Below are positions 1-9,812 of a stretch of DNA of 64,000 nucleotides, piece by piece. Source of the DNA: Chloroflexota bacterium (lineage in GTDB: Bacteria > Chloroflexota > UBA11872 > UBA12225); NCBI GenBank assembly GCA_030447525.1, contig JAUJOR010000013.1, positions 39,981-103,980 on the forward strand, given 5' to 3'. The notes beneath the pieces are model-generated. The model was not told the DNA's origin. It did not search any database and worked only from the letters and a program-made list of their open reading frames with translations. A program made the position numbers and the translations under genes. Numbering within the stretch: position 1 is the stretch's first letter; each line of letters opens with the position of its first letter.

Positions 1-83
1 GACAAAACGGACAGGTGGTCATTAGGCGCGGACTCTACCAGCACCCGCCAACGTCGCGAACCCCTTCGCGGGCATCGCGGCAC

Positions 84-752
84 TCACGTTCCAGCGGTTC
101 CGGTGCTCGGCAGCCGCTCCAGATCCTCATCCAGGCCGGCGACGATGAGATCGTCGCCCTCCCGAAGCACTTCCGCAGGCGCGGGGTGGAGCATCACGCG
201 CTCGTGACGGTGCAGCGCGAGCACCGTCACACCCGATGCGCGCTTCAAGTCCAGGTTGCCCAGACTCCTGCCCGCCAGGGTCCCCGCCACGGGCACCCGG
301 GCGATTCCGTAGCCGGGGGCGACGTCCAGGTAGTCGCGCACGCTCGGCGCAGCGAAGCTGTGCGCCACACGCAGGCCGGTTTCCCGCTCCGGGTACACCA
401 CTCGGTTCGCTCCCACCCGCTCCAGGATGGAGCCGTGCAGCGCGTTGGCCGCCTTGGCGATGATGCGCGGCACGCCCAGGCGCTGGACCTGCACCGTGCA
501 CAGGATGCTCGCCTCCAGGTTGCTGGAGACGGCCACGATCGCCGCGTCCATGTCGCCCACGCCCAGCTCGCGGAGTGCGTCCGCGTCGGTGACGTCCGCC
601 TGCGCCGAGTGCGTCACATCGTTCGCTACTTCTTGCACCGCGCGGCCGCTGCTGTCGACCGCCAATACCTCGTGCCCCAGCCGGGTGAGTTCGGTCGCCA
701 CCGCCTGCCCAAACCGGCCGAGGCCGAGCACCGCCACCTGCCGCTTTTTCAT
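84..752 (-). CDS. trkA: Trk/Ktr-type K+ uptake system, cytoplasmic NAD-binding RCK subunit
   Basis: 222-aa ORF. Rossmann motif VAVLGLGRFGQAV at the N-terminus, and an RCK_C-like C-terminus (GRSLGNLDL...GDDLIVAG). Lies directly downstream of the TrkH/KtrB membrane subunit on the same strand. Ends in TGA. Confidence 0.9.
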   Translation of the reverse strand: MKKRQVAVLGLGRFGQAVATELTRLGHEVLAVDSSGRAVQEVANDVTHSAQADVTDADALRELGVGDMDAAIVAVSSNLEASILCTVQVQRLGVPRIIAKAANALHGSILERVGANRVVYPERETGLRVAHSFAAPSVRDYLDVAPGYGIARVPVAGTLAGRSLGNLDLKRASGVTVLALHRHERVMLHPAPAEVLREGDDLIVAGLDEDLERLPSTGTAGT

Positions 753-818
753 TCTGGTTTTGCGTTCCCTCGGCCGCGCTTGCCTGTGAGCGCTCGTGGC
801 GGTCTATCCGGTCCTGCT

Positions 819-2202
819 TTAGCCAATGCGCACGCCCTCCTCAGACCAGCGGTAGGCCGTCCGCCTCTCGCGGGACGCCAGCGCGAACACGAGCGTGAGC
901 GGACCGACCCTACCCGCGAACATCGTGGCGATCAGCACCAGGCGCCCCCACTCGCTCGCTTTGGGCGTCACCCCGGTGGAAAGCCCCACGGTGGCGAATG
1001 CCGAGAACACCTCGAAGAGCAGCCCGACGAACGGCCCCTCCTCCGTCACGCTCAGCGCCAGGGCAACGGCAAACACCACCGCCACGGAGATCAGGGCGAC
1101 CGCGAGCGCGCGCAGCACCATCGCCAGCGGCACCCGGCGGCGGAAGGCCTCGACGTCGTCGGTGCCCCGCACGGCCGAGAGGATGGCAAAGAAGAGCAGG
1201 CTGAACGTCTGCACCTTCACGCCACCGGCGGTGGAGCCAGACGCGCCTCCGACGAACATCAGCCCCATGGTGACCAGGAGGCCCGCGTCTGAGAGCTTGC
1301 CCATGTCAACCGTGTTGAAGCCGGCGGTGCGCGGCGTCACCGCGTGGAAAAACCCATTCAGCAGCTGCGGCCCGGCCTCGAGCCCGCCGAGCGTGCCGGG
1401 ATTGCCCCACTCCGTGAACAGGATTCCGGCAATGCCCGCGCCGACGAGCGCGGCGGTGGTGACCAGGACGAGCTTGGTGTCGAGCGTGAGCCGGCGGAAC
1501 GACCGGTGACGCACCAGGTCCTCCACCACCGTGTAGGAGATTCCGCCCAGTACCAGCAGCGCCGCCACCGCCATCACCACCACCGCGTCGCCGGCAAACG
1601 GCGTGAGGCCGCGATATCCGCCTATGACATCGAAGCCGGCGTTGTTGAACGCGGAGATCGCGTGGAAGACGCCCCACCAGGTCGCGGTCGCCGGATCGAC
1701 GTAGCGCACGAACCACAGCCCCAGCACCAGCGCGCCGGCTGCCTCGGCGAACAGCGTGAAGGCGATGACGCGTCGGGCGAGGTGGCGCACCGAGGCCAGT
1801 CCGCCGGCGCCCAGCGCTTCCTTAACGAGAATCCGCTCCCGGAGCGTCGCCTCGCGTCCCATCAGGAGGAGCAGGAGGGTGGAGCTGGTCATGAATCCGA
1901 ACCCCCCCCACCTTGATGAGCAGCAGGATCACCCACTGCCCGAACCCGGACCAGTACGTGCCGGTGTCCACCACCACCAGACCGGTGACGCACACAGCGG
2001 AGGCGGCGGTGAAGAGCGCCGTCGTCACCGGCGCCCACGTGCCCCCCACGTTCGAGATGGGCAGGAGGAGCAGGAGCGTGCCCGCGACGATGAAGCCGGC
2101 GAAGCCGGCGACAATGACGAGAGCCGGGTTGGGCGGGCGTCGGCGACGGGCCGCCAGGGGCAGCCGCACCTCCTGCTGCGCGGGTACGCGGCCCAGCCGC
2201 AT
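819..2202 (-). pseudogene. trkH: TrkH/KtrB-family K+ transporter membrane subunit, frame broken by a 1-nt indel in a homopolymer
   Basis: ORFs 819..1892 and 1822..2442 are two frames of one gene (...TGTYWSGFGQWVILLLIKVGG | MTSSTLLLLLMGRE...). The switch is at the C8 run 1902-1909 (G8 on the coding strand). With 7 G the junction would read IKVGGFGFMTSS. The start at 2202 (MRLGR) is a guess. Confidence 0.8.
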
Positions 2203-2457
2203 CCGGCGGTCCCCGGCGTGGCTGCCGCGCAGCGGCACGCCGCGCGCCTCAACAGCCGCACGCGCGCTCGTATCTGCCTGGGCCGCTTCCAGTCCCCTGG
2301 GCGACACTGGTGGCGTGCCGCGCATCCCCCTACCACACCGGTCCGTCCGCAGTGGGATGCGTGCCGGCGAGCGCTCCGCTCGGCGCCTCAGGTAGTCCAT
2401 ACCGCGCGAGGCAGCCGGCCGGCCCGGTGGTCCGGGGTCCACGCGGACACCCGGAGC

Positions 2458-2980
2458 TCACCGCGAACTGCCGGAGCCGTCCTGCCCTGGCCGCCGCGCC
2501 TGCTGGTCACCTTCGAACGGCAGGTGCCACACCACCCGCATCACAACAAATACGAGCGCGGTGCTGCCCAGCGCCAGCGCGAATCGCTCCAGCCCGACGG
2601 CGATTCCGACCGCCGCGGTGGCCCAGATCGCGGCCGCGGTGGTCAGGCCCTCCACGCGCTCCCGCCCGTGACTCACGAAGATGGTTCCCACCCCCAGGAA
2701 GCTGACTCCCGTCACCACCGCCTCGATGATGTGCAGCGGATCCGAGCGGAGCTCCCCGCTCCCCGGCGAATCGCTCCAGCACCGCGTCGGCGAGCGCTAT
2801 GAACAGCGCGGCTCCGACCGCCACCAGCATGTGCGTCCGGACGCCGGCCGCTTTCCCCACAGACTCCCGCTCCCAGCCAATGACGCCGCCGGCGAGGCAC
2901 GCCACCACGAGTCGAAGCAGGATGGAGAGGTCCGTCCGCACGTCCGCCGGCACTCCGAGCTGATCCAGGAACGGCATCAC
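2458..2980 (-). pseudogene. mgtC: MgtC/SapB-family membrane protein, frameshifted
   Basis: ORFs 2507..2980 (MMPFLDQL...LAGGVIGWERE...GVRTHMLVAVGAALF) and 2458..2718 (...DPLHIIEAVVTGVSFLGVGTIF...GLTTAAAIWATAAVGIAVG) are successive frames of one MgtC-type protein. The frame change falls in or near the C4 run at 2754-2757. Confidence 0.75.
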
Positions 2981-3101
2981 GGCGCCGCCCTCGTGGGGGT
3001 CGCCGTCAGCCGATCCGGGCCCTCCGCCCTCCCTTCGTGGCGCTGCGAGGTGGTCCCAGGATCGCTCCGCAATTCGGGCCGACCGGAAGAGTTCGCGACA
3101 T

Positions 3102-3386
3102 TGGTGGTGGATCGACCAGGTGCGTGGCCGGCGGGGCCAGGACCACGCGATCCTCTTGATGTGCCGCGCCCTGCCCGCGACGGCCCGCGGCGACCAGTTC
3201 TCGAAGCGGGCGGCGGGCCGCTGGGCGCAGGGCGAGCTGCCCGAGTGGGCCGACCTGATCGGCCGCGCGATCGCCTGGCGCGAGTTGCCCGAGGAGGTCC
3301 CTGACGCGCCAGCCGACGCGGAGACGCGCCGCTTCGTCGAGGTCGTGCGCCGGCGGATCCTCGGCCAGCCGGGGTCTAGGCCGTGA
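3102..3386 (+). pseudogene. C-terminal (DUF4111-like) fragment of an aminoglycoside-adenylyltransferase-type nucleotidyltransferase
   Basis: ...GQDHAILLMCRALATARGDQFSKRAAGRWAQGELPEWADLIGRAIAWRE... resembles the C-terminal helical domain of ANT(3'')-like enzymes. No N-terminal nucleotidyltransferase domain is present; the fragment abuts the mgtC start. Confidence 0.45.
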
Positions 3387-3536
3387 AGGCCACGACCGGG
3401 CCGAGGTCCAAGCGCACGACTGGCAGGTCAGGGCTGTAGCAGTTTCTGTAGCAACTTCGACCGGACGCGACCGGAACAGCCGGCACTATGTGGACGGTTT
3501 CCAGATTGGACCGGGCGCGGCCGGACGCCACAGGAC

Positions 3537-3605
3537 GCGGCACTCGATTTGCTAAACCGCTATGGAGGGTAACCTCCATCGAGGGTTCGAATCCCTCCCC
3601 CTCCG
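3537..3605 (+). tRNA. tRNA-Ser(GCU)-like gene fragment (3' two-thirds only, probably non-functional)
   Basis: T arm GAGGG-TTCGAAT-CCCTC (3581-3597). 3' acceptor strand CCCCTCC plus discriminator G (3598-3605). 7-bp long variable arm ATGGAGG-GTAA-CCTCCAT (3562-3579). Loop TTGCTAA with anticodon GCT (3549-3555). The anticodon stem GCGG(T)/ACCGC pairs only if 7 nt (3541-3547) are ignored. No D arm or complementary 5' acceptor strand (GGAGGGG) lies upstream. Confidence 0.5.
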
Positions 3606-3726
3606 CCCGGTTTTCAGATAGAAGAGCGCCCGAGTACCGCGCCCGTCTCGGGCGCTCGTGGTGTCGCTGGAGGGGCGACTCCCCCAACGAGTCCGGCGGC
3701 GCTCATCACTCCGGACACGGGGCGAT

Positions 3727-3950
3727 GCCGAACTGACGCAGCACATCCAGCACATCCACGCCGCCAGCCGGGGCACCTACGGTAGCCCTCGCGTCCATGC
3801 GGAGTTGTGCGCCGCCGGCGTGTGCTGCGGGCGCCGGCGCGTGGCTCGCCTCATGCGGCCCGCCGCGTTGGCGGGCCGGCTCCACCGGCGGCGCCAGCCC
3901 CGGACGACCGTCCCCGGCCGGTGGGCAACGCCGGCTCCTGATCTGGTACG
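3727..3950 (+). mobile_element. IS3-family transposase (OrfB N-terminal region) relic
   Basis: ...IQHIHAASRGTYGSPRVHAELCAAGVCCGRRRVARLMRPAALAGRLHRRRQPRTT...APDLV matches the conserved segment preceding the DDE domain of IS3/IS150-type transposases. The catalytic domain and OrfA are absent. Confidence 0.7.
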
Positions 3951-4060
3951 GGCCCTGGGTGGCTTGCACCACGTCTACGAGCGCGCCGCCTGAGTCGGCT
4001 CGCCTTTTGCCCCCCTTACAGCCGAGTTTTCCGCTCTCTCAGTCAATATGACCAGGTACA

Positions 4061-4074
4061 ATGACTATAGTCAT
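4061..4074. promoter_or_regulatory. 14-bp perfect palindrome ATGACTATAGTCAT in an AT-rich patch, likely toxin-antitoxin operator
   Basis: Read directly from the sequence. It is flanked by a second inverted pair, AGGTACA (4053-4059) and TGTACCT (4103-4109). It overlaps the start of the antitoxin-like ORF. Confidence 0.4.
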
Positions 4075-4512
4075 GAGTTCCATTGTTGGATCCTGTACCT
4101 CATCTAATACCGTCTCCAGAGCGGCGTTCAATGCCCGCGCGCTCGAGATCTTGCGCCGTGTCCAGGCCACGGGTGGGCCGCTCATCATCACCGATCGCGG
4201 GCGGCCGGTGCTGCGCCCGGAGCCGGACCTCGGCGAGGACGACGCAGTGCTCGCCTCGCTGCGCGGCCAGCGCGGACGTCTCGTGCTGCGCTACCCCGTG
4301 CGCGAATGGATCGCCCGCGCCGAAGTGCTCGCTGGTCTTTGGTTCCTGCCGGTGGACACCGGGATCGCCATCCGCGCGGTTGAGTTGCCTGACCTGCACC
4401 CGGAACCGGCGACCGCTTGATCGTGGCCAGCGCCGAGCGGCTGGGGGCGACGCTGGTGACCGAGGGCGGGCGCCTGCGCGCCTACCCCGGCGTCGCGTCG
4501 TACTGGGGCTGA
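4061..4512 (+). pseudogene. Degenerate type II toxin-antitoxin module: Phd/YefM-like antitoxin fused to the C-terminal remnant of a PIN/VapC toxin
   Basis: Antitoxin-like TVSRAAFNARALEILRRVQATGGPLIITDRGRPVL. This is followed by a VapC C-terminal-like segment (...WIARAEVLAGLWFLPVDTGIAIRAVELPDLHPEPA) that continues after a 1-nt frame change as DRLIVASAERLGATLVTEGGRLRAYPGV, with a stop at 4510-4512. The N-terminal PIN acidic residues are missing. Confidence 0.55.
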
Positions 4513-4689
4513 GCGTTCGACCTCACGCCGCGGTGGCCCCGCGGCGACTTGACGCCACCTTCACCTTGCGCTCCCTGGGGTACTCACCACGGCACCTCCG
4601 CACCAGGCGCCCGCGGCCCCGCGGCCGCGGCGCCCCAGGCAGACGTACACCCCGGCCCGGAACGCCTGCAGGGCCTTCAGCGGCCGACT

Positions 4690-5154
4690 TCAGACCTCGT
4701 CCCGCTCTACAAGAGCCGCGAGCTTTTCCAGGGACATGCGCCAGCCCGTCTCGTTGTCGGCAGGCGACACGCCGGGCGGAACGTTTTCATGAATCGCCAC
4801 CATATTTGTCTCGAGATCAGCCTCGCTTAGCATGAACGTCACGGTCATCTCGCCACGCATGGACGCGTCGGCGGTCTCGAATTCCATGACCTGAACGACT
4901 CGCTCGTTCGGCACCAGGTCGATGAAACGACCGTGGTAGGTGTCGGTATGCGCAGAGGTCTTGCCCATTGCCGTCGGCGCCTCGTAGGTAAGCGATATCC
5001 GGAACGCCCCTCCGATGCGCGGCTCGAACTCATGGACTTGGCTCGTCATCCTCGCGGGGACCATCCAAATCGCCACGTCTCGCGCATCGGTAAATGCGCG
5101 ATAGACCCTGGATGGGGGAGCGGCCAGCCGCTGGATGAGGCGTGTTGTCGCCAT
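4690..5154 (-). CDS. SRPBCC / Aha1-domain (START-like) protein
   Basis: 154-aa ORF. The pattern RLIQRLAAPPSRVYRAFTD...WMVP...GGAFRISL...HGRFIDLVPNERVV is typical of the activator-of-Hsp90-ATPase-homolog-like SRPBCC family. Confidence 0.8.
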   Translation of the reverse strand: MATTRLIQRLAAPPSRVYRAFTDARDVAIWMVPARMTSQVHEFEPRIGGAFRISLTYEAPTAMGKTSAHTDTYHGRFIDLVPNERVVQVMEFETADASMRGEMTVTFMLSEADLETNMVAIHENVPPGVSPADNETGWRMSLEKLAALVERDEV

Positions 5155-5253
5155 GCTTGCTACCTAACGATAGCGACGCGCCTCCATCGGAAAAGACGAT
5201 ACGGGTATCGCCCCACATTGCCTGAGCACTCCCATGAGGGCACCGCCCAAGCG

Positions 5254-5900
5254 CTACGCCTTGAGCAGGTCGTTCGCGCGCGTTTTGATGGCCGTGAGCG
5301 CCGCCGGCACGTTGATCTCGCCCCGGCGCACCCTGGTCAGCTCCTCGTTGACCATGGCGTTGTAGTCCTCCTGCCCCTTCTGAAAGGCGGCGCTGGTGAT
5401 GTACTTGTTCACTTCCCAGGCGGTGGTGGCGGGCTGTCCGGTGACGCCGGTGGGAATGGTGGAGGAGTTGGGCTTGACTACCGTCTTGCGCAGGCCCTTG
5501 GGGCTCTTGGGCAGTGGCGCGACGCCGTAGTCGAAGTCCGGCATCCAGTGGCGTCCACCTGCATCAGCTCGGGCGGCGTGCCGGCGCTGACGAGTGAGAC
5601 CACCTTGGCGCGGTACTCGCCGAAGGGCGTCCAGAGCGCCTCCACTTTGATGGTGGGGTTCTGCGCATGGAACTCCTTGAGCCGCGCCAGCGCGTTATCC
5701 GCCTGCTCCTGGCTCACGGTCCAGAAGGACCAGGTGATCTGGCCCCCGGGCTTGGCGTCCCCGATGGGGCTCTTCTCGGACGCCCCGCCGCCGGCGCCGC
5801 ACGCCGCTGCCAAGACGGCGCTCCCGGCCACCGCGCTGCCGAGGAACGCCCGGCGTGTGACTGACTGCATCTGTCCCTGAGTGGGCGGCCGTGCCTGCAT
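5254..5900 (-). pseudogene. ABC-transporter substrate-binding lipoprotein with a large internal deletion
   Basis: The N-part (ORF 5478..5900) has a Tat-like/lipobox signal, MQSVTRRAFLGSAVAGSAVLAAAC, and about 100 aa of SBP. It joins out of frame to only the last ~95 aa (ORF 5254..5544: DFDYGVAPLPK...INVPAALTAIKTRANDLLKA). About 200 aa of a normal ~430-aa family-1 SBP is missing. Confidence 0.7.
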
Positions 5901-5939
5901 CGTCTTGTGCCCTCCCTGGGTGGCTATGGGTGCCGTGTC

Positions 5940-7373
5940 CTACGCCTGGGCCCCCACGGGCGAGGCGCCGGCAACCCCCTCCGGCGCGGGTGTGTCGTCC
6001 AGGCGGTACTCGCCCAGGGGCCGGCGCTGCGGCTTCGAGAAGCGCAGGCGCAGGTCCTCATTCCATGGCAGCGCCAACATGGCGTCGACGTAGCGCTCGG
6101 CCTGCTCGAGGCTGCGCGTGCGGTGGTCGTCGATCAGCAGCGTGCCTACCAACAGGTCGTAATCGCCCGTGACAAAGGCGGCCAGCTCGCGCTCGGCCTT
6201 GGCGACGCGCGGTCCCAGCACGAGGTGCATCAGCTTGTCGGGGAGCTTGCCGACCTGCAGCAGCTTGGCGCCGGAGGCGTCGACGAGCGCCTTGCCCTCC
6301 ACGACGACGCCGTCGGCTATTCCCTTGATGGCCCCGTGGTTGGGGACGTTCACCTGGAAGATGCCAGGGCTGTCGTTGGCGATGGCGTCGATGATGGGCA
6401 CCTGGATCTCGCGCGTCCGCTCAGGCTTGATCACCTCGGTCACCCTGAGCGACTCGTCCGAGGCGGCGTCGTAGATGCGCTTGATGTTTCACCCCAGGCC
6501 TTCGAGGTACTGGGCCCACCCGATCTCGCTGTCGAAACCGCCCAGATGGCCGTACCAGCGGCGCTTGGTCTCGAGATCGGTGTGGTAGTACCACTCGCTG
6601 AAAGTACGCGAGGCGTCGCCGATGGGCATCAGACCGACGCGCCGGTAGTGGTCAATGGCGGCGCGCGAGAGCTGGGTCTCGCCGAAGCGGCCCTTGAACT
6701 CGGACCAGTAGCGGCTCGCCTCGTGCTCGATCCACTTGTCGACGCGCGGGTAGAGGTCCTGGCCCTGGTGACGGAACTGGGTGAGGTAGACCCAATGGTT
6801 GACGCCGGGGATCTCCCACTCCACCTCGTCCGGGTTGACGCCGATGGCCCTGGCGAGTGCCTGGTAGCCGTAGAAGCCGTGGCACAGGCCGATGACCTTG
6901 GTCGAGGTCTCACGGGTCATGAGGGTGCAGCCCTCGTAGACCGGGTTGCTGGACTGGATCAGCCAGGCGTTGGGGCACAGGCGCTCCATGTCCTGGGCCA
7001 CGCTGAGCATCATGGCGTACTGCTTGAAGTTGGTCTGCAGCCGCACGCCGCGGTAGTAGCCGTGCTCGGCCGCGAGGCGCCGGCCGGCCTCCTCAGGCTC
7101 GTGGCCGCCGATCAGTGCGGTGTTAAGGACGAAGTCGGCATCTCTCAGAGCGCGCTCGCGCTCCAGCGTCTTCTCGAAGCGCAGGTCGATGCCCAGTTCC
7201 TCGACGTAGCGCTCGGCCAGGCGCGTGATGACGTCCAGGCGTCCCTCCTCCACGTCCATGAAGGTGACGGTTGAGCCAGACAGGCTCTCCTGGAGGCACA
7301 GGTCGCGTACCAGCCCCAGTGAGAACTGCGCGCTCCCGGCACCGATGACGCCCAGCTTGATGGCTTTGCCCAT
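5940..7373 (-). pseudogene. Glycoside hydrolase family 4 (NAD/Mn-dependent alpha-glucosidase / alpha-galactosidase type) interrupted by a single in-frame TGA
   Basis: MGKAIKLGVIGAGSAQFSL..., ...SSNPVYEGCT...GLCHG...GVNHWVYL...PIGD... These are typical GH4 motifs. ORFs 6489..7481 and 5940..6443 are in the same frame, separated only by TGA at 6489-6491 (...YLEGLG*NIKRIYDAAS...). ATG at 7373. Confidence 0.85.
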
Positions 7374-7657
7374 GAGGTGTTCTTCCCGTAGCACGAGGTA
7401 GGCAGGGCCTTCAGCTTCTCCGTCCGGTCCGGCTGACGCGCGGCTGGCCCGCCGATACGTACCAGGCCGGCCACCCGGCACACTCTACAACGCGGATGCG
7501 CGCTGTGCAAGGTGCCTGCACGCAACGCAGAGAGCCGCCGCTTGATCGTAGCCACCGCTGAAAGGCCGGGGGCGTGGCGCCACGATCGCCGGTTGCCCGC
7601 CGGTCTGGCATACGCCGGCAGGAACGCCTGTGGCCGGAGCCAGGCAAGCGCGCGCCC

Positions 7658-8476
7658 TCAGGAGTTGCGCGGTGGAAGGTGGGGCGGGCGCCGGCCATAG
7701 GTGCGCTCGAGCCAATCGTAGTAGGTGGGCCCCGGCGTGGGCGCCTCGGGGATGGTGACGGCGCCGGCGCGAAAGCCGGCGGCAAGCTTGCCGAAGAGGG
7801 GCAGGGGCACCACCCAGCGCCGAAGCCCTCGCGCGTACAGCCACGCCCGGATGACCTGGCGGACGGTGAGCACCTCTGGCCCGGCCAGATCGGGCAGACG
7901 GCCGCGCGGGCCGTCGGCGACTGCCTGGACGAGCCGGTCGGCGACGACGTCGTTGTCCACCGGCTGAAAGCGGAAGTGCAGCGCCAGGGGCATGATCGGA
8001 GAGCGTGACAGGGGCTCAAATATGCGTTCGAACAACGTCGGAAACTGGGCCGCGCGCAGGATGGAGTAGGGCACGCCGGATTCGGCGAATAGCCGCTCGA
8101 CCTGCACCTTGATCCCATAGTAAGGAAAGTACGAGACCACGGGCATGCGGTCGACGCCGACGATGGAGACAAAGATGGCGTGCTTGACGCCGGTGGCGCG
8201 GGCGCGCTCCAACAAGCGGCGCGAGCCGTGCTGGTCGGTCTCCCGCACCTTGTACAAGGGGCTGCTGGCGGCGTGAATCACCACGTCGATCCCGTCCAGC
8301 GCTTCGTCAAGCCCTTCGCCGATGGCCAGGTCCAGGCGCCGCCAGGTGACGTTCGGTGGGTTGGGACTGCGGGGGGCATGGCGGCTGGCGCTGCGCACGG
8401 TGTGGCCGGCGGCGCCCAGCTTGGGGACGAGCACGCGGCCGAGATCTCCCGTGCCGCCGGTGACCAGGACGTTCAT
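7658..8476 (-). CDS. NAD(P)H-binding NmrA-like / atypical SDR oxidoreductase
   Basis: 272-aa ORF, MNVLVTGGTGDLGRVLVPKL Rossmann start, NmrA-like layout. Confidence 0.8.
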   Translation of the reverse strand: MNVLVTGGTGDLGRVLVPKLGAAGHTVRSASRHAPRSPNPPNVTWRRLDLAIGEGLDEALDGIDVVIHAASSPLYKVRETDQHGSRRLLERARATGVKHAIFVSIVGVDRMPVVSYFPYYGIKVQVERLFAESGVPYSILRAAQFPTLFERIFEPLSRSPIMPLALHFRFQPVDNDVVADRLVQAVADGPRGRLPDLAGPEVLTVRQVIRAWLYARGLRRWVVPLPLFGKLAAGFRAGAVTIPEAPTPGPTYYDWLERTYGRRPPHLPPRNS

Positions 8477-8566
8477 TGCTCCAGGGCCTCCTTTCAGGTT
8501 CTGGCCCTGGGACGACGCGGCGCAGCGAAATGTGACAGCCCTTTCGTTGGAGCTACCGCGAGCCGC

Positions 8567-9544
8567 TCAGGGCCTGGCGGCCCTGGATTCACGCAACTGT
8601 TGCGCCAGGTAGGCGAGCTTGTCGGGGTTGACGACGACGCGGATGGCGTGAAGGGCGCCGCCGGCGGCCTCGAACGTCAGCACGCTGAAGAGCGTCTGCC
8701 CCACCCACGTGAGCAGGGCAGGCTCCCCGTTGACCTGGGCGACCGAAAAGTGGGTCTCCGGCGGGGCGTGGCGTAGCAGGCCGGCGAAGAGGCGCAGCAC
8801 GGCATCGCGGCCGACGATCGGGCGGCCGGCGGCCGGGACCTTGCCGCCCCCATCGGAAACGCTCACCACGTCCTGGGCCAGCGTCTGGGCAAGGGCCTGA
8901 ACGTCGCCGCGCTCGGCGGCGTCCAGGAAGCGGCTCACCAGGCGATGGTGCTCGTCGGGCGAAGGGCGAAAGCGGGGCTCCCCGCTGCGCCGGGCGCGGC
9001 GCTCGTCCAGGCGCAGACGTGCCCGGCGCAGCAGCTGGCGGCTGGCTGCTGGGGACTTGCCGAGGATGGACGCGATCTCCTCGTGGGGGTAGTCGAAGAC
9101 CTCGTGCAGCAGAAAGGCGGCGCGCTCCCCGGGAGTGAGCGATTCCAGCAGTGTGAGGAAGGCGAGCGAGATGGTCTCGCGTCGCTCTCGCCGCTCGGCG
9201 GGATCTGGATCTGGTGCCACCAGGATAGGCTCGGGTAGCCAGGGACCGTCGTAGCGCTCGCGCCGAGCGCGAGCCTTCTTGAGGTGGTCCAGGCTGAGCC
9301 GCACGATGATGGTGCTCAGGTACGAGCGGGGCGACTCCATGGGCGCCGCCCCGGCGGCGTCGGCCGCGTGGAGGCGCAGGTAGCCATCCTGGAGGATGTC
9401 CTCCGCCTCGGTGGCGCTCCCCGTCATGCGGTAGGCGATGGAGAAGAGCAGCGCCCGATAGCCCTGGTAGAGCTGTGCGAGTGCGGCGGGGGAGCTGCTG
9501 GCCTCGCGAAGCGTCACCGGCGAGATGCTACCACCGCCCGCCAT
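8567..9544 (-). CDS. ECF sigma factor with C-terminal SnoaL-like extension (ECF41/SigJ-like)
   Basis: Only the last 325 codons of the 826-aa ORF look coding. Region 2: LLFSIAYRMTGSATEAEDILQDGYLRL. Region 4 HTH: LTPGERAAFLLHEVFDYPHEEIASILGKSPAASRQLLRRARLRL. A ~120-aa SnoaL-like tail follows. ATG at 9544. Confidence 0.85.
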   Translation of the reverse strand: MAGGGSISPVTLREASSSPAALAQLYQGYRALLFSIAYRMTGSATEAEDILQDGYLRLHAADAAGAAPMESPRSYLSTIIVRLSLDHLKKARARRERYDGPWLPEPILVAPDPDPAERRERRETISLAFLTLLESLTPGERAAFLLHEVFDYPHEEIASILGKSPAASRQLLRRARLRLDERRARRSGEPRFRPSPDEHHRLVSRFLDAAERGDVQALAQTLAQDVVSVSDGGGKVPAAGRPIVGRDAVLRLFAGLLRHAPPETHFSVAQVNGEPALLTWVGQTLFSVLTFEAAGGALHAIRVVVNPDKLAYLAQQLRESRAARP

Positions 9545-9812
9545 GAAGCCGGGGAGCCGTACATCCGCTCCAGCTGCTGCAGCGTACAGGGGGGTCAACT
9601 CGACTTCCTCGGTGAATGAGCCGGCCCGGGGGCGTTGTCGATCGCCTCGCTCGGCGCCCAATCGTGCTCGGTCGGCGGACGGAGCGCTACCGGCTGGCCG
9701 GCGGGGCTGACGTCGTGCTCTCGCAGTCGTTCCATGGCCCACGGCCCCTCCTGTCCCGCAGCCTCGCCAGCGGACTTCTTCGCCGGCGGGGTGCCATGCC
9801 GTGCCAGGGGCG

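Noticed and set aside
15-1292. Long ORFs antisense or out of frame to recognisable genes. Examples are 15..1292(+), 5907..7274(+), the upstream 500 codons of 8567..11047(-), 26888..28672(+), 35058..36491(-), 50328..52034(-), 52421..54292(+) and 58518..60977(+).
   Set aside because: Their translations are Arg/Pro/Gly/Ala-rich low-complexity strings typical of GC shadow ORFs. Each overlaps a gene on the other strand or frame that has clear family motifs.
3373-3608. The tRNA-like element could be a tmRNA (ssrA) or tRNA-Sec (selC). The reasons were its long extra arm, discriminator G, a possible G3:U70, and GGGG at 3373.
   Set aside because: No 5' strand complementary to CCCCTCC. No UCA anticodon loop. 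No 8-bp acceptor or 6-bp D stem. No tag-peptide reading frame ending in a typical ...AA stop. The span is too short for a tmRNA. The TTGCTAA loop plus long variable arm fits a tRNA-Ser(GCU) remnant better.
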